From the IMG/VR virus record IMGVR_UViG_2563366806_000002: DNA of 32,811 nucleotides; one strand, 5' to 3'. Below, piece after piece: positions 27,076 to 32,811 of the stretch. How positions within the stretch are numbered: position 1 is the stretch's first letter; each line of letters opens with the position of its first letter. Below the pieces are notes generated by a model. That model did no database searches. It saw nothing but the letters and a program-made list of their open reading frames with translations, and was not told where the DNA came from. The position numbers and the translations under genes are program-made. Origin of the DNA: a virus (Duplodnaviria > Heunggongvirae > Uroviricota > Caudoviricetes).

Positions 27076-27539
27076 TTATTGATCTCCGCCACTGCGCGCA
27101 GCGGCTTGATCACGCCATAACAGAAGTTCCTCTACCGTCATGGCGTCCATCTCCGCTGGTCGCCAGTGGAAAATGACGGCGATATCCGCCATTAAGTTTT
27201 CTATGCGTTCGCAGGGGCATCGGATGACGCGCTGCCCGTATCCGTCCCGCTCTGATCCGAAGGTGGTTGCAAAAAATCAACCACCGCATTGGCGAGCTGG
27301 CAGAAGTCCCACGTATCCATGCGGGCGATTTCGTCAGCGGTCAGCGCCGGGGCGGTAACGCGGGGCAGCAGAACAACCAGCGCATCATAATTCGACGTCA
27401 GAACGTCATAGACTTTTAAGCCACGCAGCGATCCGGCCTGCTTTAAGACTGGCGTGATCGTGATTTCGCTGATTGCCGTCTTGCCGCGAACGATAGGTGC
27501 ATTGAGCGTTACAACTTCTTTACCGGTTACTTTGGTCAT
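27076..27539 (-). CDS. Tail assembly chaperone E+E', product of a -1 programmed frameshift (about 155 aa)
   Basis: Slippery heptamer T TTT TTG in the E frame at 27270..27276; the -1 frame is open for 65 codons and stops at TAA 27076..27078, one base before the T start. Confidence 0.7.
27201..27539 (-). CDS. E: Tail assembly chaperone E
   Basis: 112-aa ORF immediately upstream of T. Confidence 0.8.
   Translation of the reverse strand: MTKVTGKEVVTLNAPIVRGKTAISEITITPVLKQAGSLRGLKVYDVLTSNYDALVVLLPRVTAPALTADEIARMDTWDFCQLANAVVDFLQPPSDQSGTDTGSASSDAPANA
27270..27276 (-). other. -1 ribosomal frameshift slippery site T_TTT_TTG
   Basis: Zero-frame codons GAT TTT TTG (D88 F89 L90 of E) verified by hand. 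Confidence 0.7.
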
Positions 27540-27553
27540 GGTGCGTTAATTCC

Positions 27554-28069
27554 TTATAAGCCAATGTTAGCGCGGTGTTTTTCCATCATGTCAACGCCGC
27601 CAACTTTGTAGATCATATTGAGCACATCAACTTCAATGATTTCTTCGCCGTTGATGGTCAGCTTGTAATAGGTATTTTTCAGGGTGTACTTATGGGAAGT
27701 GTCATCCCCGGTTTTGGACGTACCCGGATCCATCTCCGTGAAGCGCCCGCGCGTCTGGATTTCAACGGGTACCGCTTCGCCGGTTGAATCATCTTGGTAA
27801 GACCCGGCATAGCGTGTTTGCATACCATCGGCGGTGGCGATGCCCCATTTTTTAAGCAGCCCCGCATCCATGCCGCCAAGGGTGATATCCATATCCAGCG
27901 CCCCGGCATCAAAGCCGAGATCGACCGCGACAGAACCCGGCATACCACCGGCCTGATAATCCTCTGTTTTGCGGGTTAACTTCGCCGGGGTGATTTCCGG
28001 CACCATGCCGAAATAGTTATCCCCGTCAAAGAACATGTTGAAGTATTTAAGTTTTTTAGGCAGAGCCAT
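27554..28069 (-). CDS. FII: Tail tube protein (P2 gpFII-like)
   Basis: 171-aa ORF with tube-protein similarity, between sheath and E. Confidence 0.9.
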   Translation of the reverse strand: MALPKKLKYFNMFFDGDNYFGMVPEITPAKLTRKTEDYQAGGMPGSVAVDLGFDAGALDMDITLGGMDAGLLKKWGIATADGMQTRYAGSYQDDSTGEAVPVEIQTRGRFTEMDPGTSKTGDDTSHKYTLKNTYYKLTINGEEIIEVDVLNMIYKVGGVDMMEKHRANIGL

Positions 28070-28081
28070 ACGCGCCCCCGG

Positions 28082-29278
28082 TTAGTTATTCACTGCGCTG
28101 GAAAACGTAGCGAAGTATTCATCAGTGAACTCCTGCACCAGGCTGAGATTTTCCAGCGGCGGGACAGGCGTGTAGTTGTATTTGATGGTGAGCTGCCCGT
28201 TGCGCAGCGTTTCGCTGGTATTCGGTTCAGGGTCGTACCAGCAGCGCGCACCCAGCAGCTTGCCCGCCGTCACATAGGACGTCAGCTTGCGGTTGATACC
28301 GTCAACGATATCTTTCACCAGCGACGGGGTGAGCGGCTTATCAACATAGGAGAAGTGAGCCTCTGCCACGGTATCCGCCACAATCTGAGCGGTACGGGTG
28401 TAGCTCTCAAAAATGTAGGTTTCTTCGTCGCAGGTACGTGATCCCCAGATGCGATAACCATCCTGTTTGATCAGGGTGGTGATGCCTGCGGCGTTCAGCT
28501 CGTCCGCATCGGTATCGGTGCCCTGTAGGGTGAAATAGATATCGCGATCCATCCCCAGCACGTTATTCACCGGCACGTTGGAAATGGTTTTGTGCCATCC
28601 CTGCGTTGCGTCGATTTTTGCTCGCATCCCTACCGCATGAGCACCCACCGGCACGGTGGCGTTTGCTCCCGCGTTGGTGTCGTAGCAAATGAAGTTAGGC
28701 CAGATCACCATCATTTCACGTTGGGCAAAATTCTCGCGGTACGTCTTCGCCTCTGCGATGGTGTTGCAGCCATTCGCGGATACGTAAGCAAAGGCGCGCA
28801 GTTTCTCAGCCATCACACCGAGCTGCGCCGCCACTGGCTGAGTATCAAGGCCGGGAACGGCAAGCACACGCGGGCGGACGCCAACACGCATCTCAGCCGA
28901 TAGCAGCGCATACATGCCGGTGAAAAGCCCGGTATCTGGGTCAGTACCGCCAATAACCAGTTGATCCTGCGTTGGGGCCGTGCCGCCTTCCGGGGGTACG
29001 ATTTTGGACGCATCAGCCACGCGGATCACAATGGTCTGTGGGCTGGTCTGGTCTGAAATGGCTTTCAGAGTGGTGAACAGGGTGCCGGTTTTGCCTGCTT
29101 TGCCCAGCATGTTAGCCACGCGGGTAATGAGTACAGGGGTATCCAGCGGGAAAGCTTCTTCGTCTGCATCGTCAGCGATACAAACGACGCCGATAACCGC
29201 CGAATCAATATCGGTGATCATCGTGCTCAGATCGGTGGTTTCCGTGACGGTTACACCGTGATGGTAATTTGTGGCCAT
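28082..29278 (-). CDS. FI: Tail sheath protein (P2 gpFI-like); ATG at 29278 (track ORF begins at TTG 29299)
   Basis: N-terminus MATNYHHGVTV parallels P2 FI MSDYHHGVQV; conserved C-terminus YTPVPPLENLSL. Confidence 0.9.
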   Translation of the reverse strand: MATNYHHGVTVTETTDLSTMITDIDSAVIGVVCIADDADEEAFPLDTPVLITRVANMLGKAGKTGTLFTTLKAISDQTSPQTIVIRVADASKIVPPEGGTAPTQDQLVIGGTDPDTGLFTGMYALLSAEMRVGVRPRVLAVPGLDTQPVAAQLGVMAEKLRAFAYVSANGCNTIAEAKTYRENFAQREMMVIWPNFICYDTNAGANATVPVGAHAVGMRAKIDATQGWHKTISNVPVNNVLGMDRDIYFTLQGTDTDADELNAAGITTLIKQDGYRIWGSRTCDEETYIFESYTRTAQIVADTVAEAHFSYVDKPLTPSLVKDIVDGINRKLTSYVTAGKLLGARCWYDPEPNTSETLRNGQLTIKYNYTPVPPLENLSLVQEFTDEYFATFSSAVNN

Positions 29279-29351
29279 GTAGTTGCCTCGCCAGGTCAAT
29301 GATTGCCACTTATCATTGCGACAATTGCCAGCCGGTGCGAGAGGTGGGCGT

Positions 29352-29369
29352 TGTCAGCAGACCGCAACA
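29352..29369. promoter_or_regulatory. TGT-N12-ACA dyad centred between the divergent FI and D starts (candidate shared late activator box)
   Basis: TGTcagcagaccgcaACA; 82 bp from the FI ATG and 80 bp from the D ATG. Confidence 0.45.
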
Positions 29370-29439
29370 ACAGCCACGCGTTGTCTGTACGCGCGCGCGT
29401 GGCGACGATGGTACCCTCACCAATGAGGGAACCAATAAG

Positions 29440-30567
29440 ATGTTGGATGATGATGCGCGTTATTCGCCCCGCCCGGCGTTCAGTATTCAGATTGAGGGCA
29501 AGCAGCTCACCGCGCTGGATGACCGTTTGATCTCGTTGTCGCTGACGGACAATCGGGGATTTGAAGCGGATACGCTTGATCTCACGCTGGATGATTCAGA
29601 CGGACAGATCGTTATGCCATCGCGTGGCGCGAAGATTTCCGTTTCGCTGGGCTGGGATAATGACCCGCTGATATTTAAAGGACTGTACACCGTTGATGAG
29701 GTTGCGCACCGTGGCCCGCCTGATCAGCTCACAATCAGCGCCCGCAGCGCAGACTTTCGCGACACGTTCAACGTGAAGCGTGAATATTCCTGGCACGATA
29801 TTACCGTGGGCGATGTGGTTGCCAGTATCGCCAGCCGGTACGACCTGCGAGCCGGGGTGAGTGAGGAACTGGCGAAGATTGAGATCGATCACGCAGACCA
29901 GACCAGTGAATCAGATATCAGCTTTCTCACCAGAATGGCGGATATGCTGGGTGCGGTTGCCACCGTTAAAAATGGCATGTTGCTGTTCATCACGCCGGGG
30001 CAGGGCTTAACCCAAAGCGGTAAACCATTACCGGCGATCAGCATTGTGCGGGCCAGCGGCGATAAGCACAGCTTTAGCATTGCCGATCGTGATGCTTATA
30101 CCGGCGTTACTGCCTACTGGCTGGATCTAAATTTCGGGAAGAAGCCTGCCACCACGGTACAGACAAACACCCGCAGACGCCGCAGAACAACCCAGCCGAA
30201 GAAGCCGAAAGAACCCGCCTCAAGCAGCAAAGAAGGGGATTACATGGCAGGCGCGGAAGGCAACGTATTCGTGATCCGCAAGACGTTCAAAACCGAGAAG
30301 GCAGCGAAGCGGGCAGCGGCGGCGAAGTGGAGCCAGTTACAGCGTGGCGCGGCGTCATTCTCCATCACGCTGGCGCGGGGCCGGGCGGATTTGTACCCGG
30401 AACAACCGGCAAGCGTATCGGGCTTTAAGTCCACGATTGATAACGGTTACTGGACGATTACCCGATGTGTGCATGATATCGGCAGCGGCGGCTTTACCAC
30501 CTCGCTGGAGCTGGAAGTTAAGATCGATGAATGGACGGCTGAGGCGGGTGACGAATCAACGGGTTAA
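29440..30567 (+). CDS. D: Tail protein D (P2 gpD-like, late control D family)
   Basis: ATG 29440 with RBS GAGGGA; N-terminus MLDDDARYSPRPAFSIQ is gpD-like (track ORF begins upstream at TTG 29269). Confidence 0.9.
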   Translation: MLDDDARYSPRPAFSIQIEGKQLTALDDRLISLSLTDNRGFEADTLDLTLDDSDGQIVMPSRGAKISVSLGWDNDPLIFKGLYTVDEVAHRGPPDQLTISARSADFRDTFNVKREYSWHDITVGDVVASIASRYDLRAGVSEELAKIEIDHADQTSESDISFLTRMADMLGAVATVKNGMLLFITPGQGLTQSGKPLPAISIVRASGDKHSFSIADRDAYTGVTAYWLDLNFGKKPATTVQTNTRRRRRTTQPKKPKEPASSSKEGDYMAGAEGNVFVIRKTFKTEKAAKRAAAAKWSQLQRGAASFSITLARGRADLYPEQPASVSGFKSTIDNGYWTITRCVHDIGSGGFTTSLELEVKIDEWTAEAGDESTG

Positions 30568-30613
30568 GCGTTATACTTGACGTGATATTAACCAGCCCAG
30601 AGGAGGCCCGCGT

Positions 30614-30856
30614 ATGGCAATGCGCTGTCCTCGCTGCCGTGCAGTTGCGAAAACTCGTACCAGTGTAGAGTTGAGTGATTTAGTGCGACGCAGTTATCAC
30701 CAGTGTCAAAACATGTTGTGCGGCTACTGCTTTACCAGCATGACGCAAATAGACGAATCATTAAACCAGACTCAGCCAGTCCCCGGCGCGGTGGTTCCTC
30801 AAGACGTTTTCCCGCGAAGTCATCACGGCGAAGATCAGCTTAGTCTGGTGTTGTAG
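30614..30856 (+). CDS. ogr: Ogr/Delta-family zinc-finger late transcription activator
   Basis: CPRC...YHQCQNMLCGYCF matches the Ogr zinc-finger pattern CPLC...YHQCQNVNC. Confidence 0.85.
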   Translation: MAMRCPRCRAVAKTRTSVELSDLVRRSYHQCQNMLCGYCFTSMTQIDESLNQTQPVPGAVVPQDVFPRSHHGEDQLSLVL

Positions 30857-30870
30857 TTTCGAAGCAAGGC

Positions 30871-30900
30871 AAAAGCCTGCCGGACAGGCAGGCTTATTGT
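30871..30900. terminator. Bidirectional hairpin terminator between ogr and the convergent downstream gene
   Basis: AGCCTGCC-ggaca-GGCAGGCT stem, A-run on one side and T-rich on the other. Confidence 0.6.
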
Positions 30901-31622
30901 TATTGCAGTTCTTTCAGTTCAACAATCTTACCAGTGGCTATATCTACTTTAGCGGAAACGGTGTTTTTTACCGTTGCCCCAAGAGCATTTGCGCCACGGA
31001 ATGTTGTCACAAATACTGCATATGGTTTTTTGTCTTTCTCAAACATTAATTGATGGGTGGTTTTGATATGTTTGTAGGATGAGTCATCGTTCATCTGTTC
31101 TTTGATCGCGACCTCTAAGGGGTAGTAGACGCCGTTATAGTCGCTCAGCATTTCATCGAAATTATCAAAATTTATACGGTCAGAAAGAGATGTTGCATCG
31201 CGGGTAAAATCTGAGTAACACCAATCAAGCACTTGATCGAGGTGTAGTTCTTCCGATTTTCTATGAGAATATTCGCTTAGGCAGTTGTAGAAGTCATTAC
31301 GTGCAGATTCAGGGATCTTTTTAAATTTAACATACGAGTTAACAATTTCGCGTCTGTCTTCCTTATCGTTCTTAACTCTCCATTCCTTTAGTGATAAATC
31401 GGCGTATTTAAATTTTTCTTCTTTAATCGGTGGGCGTTCTTGAGCGTTGCTTGAGGTAGAAGGGCGTAAACTGGCCCCTATTGCAGCAACGACTAAGCAC
31501 ATTGAGAAGTAGAAAAGAGACGATTTTTTTCTGTTTGGCATGAAAACCCACTTTGGATTTATAAGCCCGATCCAGAAAGCGATACCGGCTATCGCTGCAA
31601 TGATAGTGATGATTTTTTCCAT
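30900..31622 (-). CDS. AT-rich membrane-anchored protein of unknown function (candidate cargo/moron)
   Basis: 240 aa; two N-terminal hydrophobic helices then a charged soluble domain; strong RBS GGAGGG; clearly lower GC than flanking DNA. Confidence 0.6.
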   Translation of the reverse strand: MEKIITIIAAIAGIAFWIGLINPKWVFMPNRKKSSLFYFSMCLVVAAIGASLRPSTSSNAQERPPIKEEKFKYADLSLKEWRVKNDKEDRREIVNSYVKFKKIPESARNDFYNCLSEYSHRKSEELHLDQVLDWCYSDFTRDATSLSDRINFDNFDEMLSDYNGVYYPLEVAIKEQMNDDSSYKHIKTTHQLMFEKDKKPYAVFVTTFRGANALGATVKNTVSAKVDIATGKIVELKELQ

Positions 31623-31800
31623 TGGATACCCTCCGTATTGAGGCGGGTATTATTGTCGATGGTGCTCAAAAACGGAACAGCCAAGCGCGGTGCGCCTGGC
31701 TGCTTCTTTGTCGAAGTGTAGTCAAAATGTAGACGAAGATTAGAATAAATCCTTTTATTCCATTGTGTTACTTGCTGGATTTCTTCACCATCCCTGTCTT

Positions 31801-31827
31801 CCCCCACATGATGTGGGGGTTTTTTTT
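31801..31827 (+). terminator. Strong intrinsic terminator (CCCCCAC..GTGGGGG then T8) upstream of fieF
   Basis: Perfect G/C-rich hairpin plus eight Ts read from sequence. Confidence 0.8.
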
Positions 31828-31908
31828 ATCCTCAATTTGCCTGCTGCTTAATGCATTGCAGATGATTTGCTTCCGTTATACTAGCGTCAGTTGATAGCGG
31901 GAGTATTT

Positions 31909-32811
31909 ATGAATCAATCTTATGGACGGCTGGTCAGTCGGGCGGCGATTGCTGCGACGGCGATGGCTTCGCTGCTATTGCTGATTAAAATTTTTGCATG
32001 GTGGTATACCGGGTCGGTGAGTATTCTCGCCGCGCTGGTGGATTCGCTGGTGGATATCGGCGCGTCGTTGACGAATTTACTGGTGGTGCGATATTCCCTG
32101 CAACCTGCCGACGATAATCACTCGTTTGGTCACGGTAAAGCTGAGTCCCTCGCGGCGCTGGCGCAAAGTATGTTTATCTCCGGTTCAGCACTATTCCTGT
32201 TTTTGACGGGTATTCAACATCTGATATCTCCAACACCGATGACAGATCCAGGCGTCGGGGTTATCGTGACAATTGTGGCGCTAATTTGTACGATTATCCT
32301 TGTCTCGTTTCAGCGTTGGGTGGTGCGCCGGACGCAAAGCCAGGCGGTGCGGGCTGATATGCTACATTACCAGTCTGATGTTATGATGAACGGCGCAATT
32401 CTGCTGGCGCTGGGGTTGTCCTGGTACGGCTGGCATCGCGCCGATGCTCTGTTTGCATTGGGAATCGGCATCTATATTTTATATAGCGCGTTACGCATGG
32501 GATATGAGGCGGTACAGTCATTACTGGATCGCGCATTACCTGATGAGGAACGGCAAGAAATTATTGATATCGTGACTTCCTGGCCGGGTGTTAGCGGCGC
32601 TCACGATCTTCGCACGCGGCAGTCAGGGCCGACCCGCTTTATTCAGATTCATTTGGAAATGGAAGACTCTCTGCCTTTGGTTCAGGCACATATGGTGGCG
32701 GATCAGGTAGAGCAGGCTATTTTACGGCGTTTTCCGGGATCGGATGTGATTATCCATCAGGACCCCTGTTCCGTCGTACCCAGGGAGGGTAAACGGTCTA
32801 TGCTTTCATAA
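31909..32811 (+). CDS. fieF: Cation-diffusion facilitator FieF/YiiP (ferrous iron / zinc efflux), host gene
   Basis: Translation from ATG 31909 ([54 protein letters not shown]...) matches enterobacterial FieF as recalled; stop at window end. Confidence 0.95.

Noticed and set aside
31589-31807. 72-aa minus-strand ORF in the junction region upstream of fieF
   Set aside because: Overlaps the start of the AT-rich cargo gene and the terminator hairpin; no RBS; likely spurious.
1-32811. CRISPR arrays, tRNA or rRNA genes
   Set aside because: No regularly spaced repeat-spacer structure and no tRNA- or rRNA-like sequence noticed by eye; a dedicated scan was not possible.

Overview
The window is almost entirely a ~31 kb P2-like (Peduovirus-type) temperate prophage, running from the integrase gene at the left edge (1..981, - strand) to ogr (30614..30856), followed by an AT-rich cargo gene and the host gene fieF (31909..32811). 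All gene calls rest on recalled similarity of the ORF-track translations to P2 proteins and on sequence motifs read directly; no database search was run. Layout: int and C repressor (-), cox and an early operon including a Dam methylase and the replication gene A (+), a cos-like site, portal Q and terminase P (-), then O N M L X, a lysis cassette, R S V W J I H and a tail-fibre chaperone (+). The most unusual features are: (1) a Mu G-segment-like invertible tail-fibre cassette bounded by inverted gix/hix-like sites but with no invertase gene in the window; (2) the tail block FI-FII-E/E'-T-U lying inverted relative to D and ogr, unlike the P2 FETUD operon, with a single TGT-N12-ACA box in the divergent FI/D gap; (3) candidate cargo of unknown function at three sites - an AT-rich 3-ORF insert after cox, two genes between A and cos, and a membrane protein between ogr and the host junction. 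No CRISPR array, tRNA or rRNA was seen.
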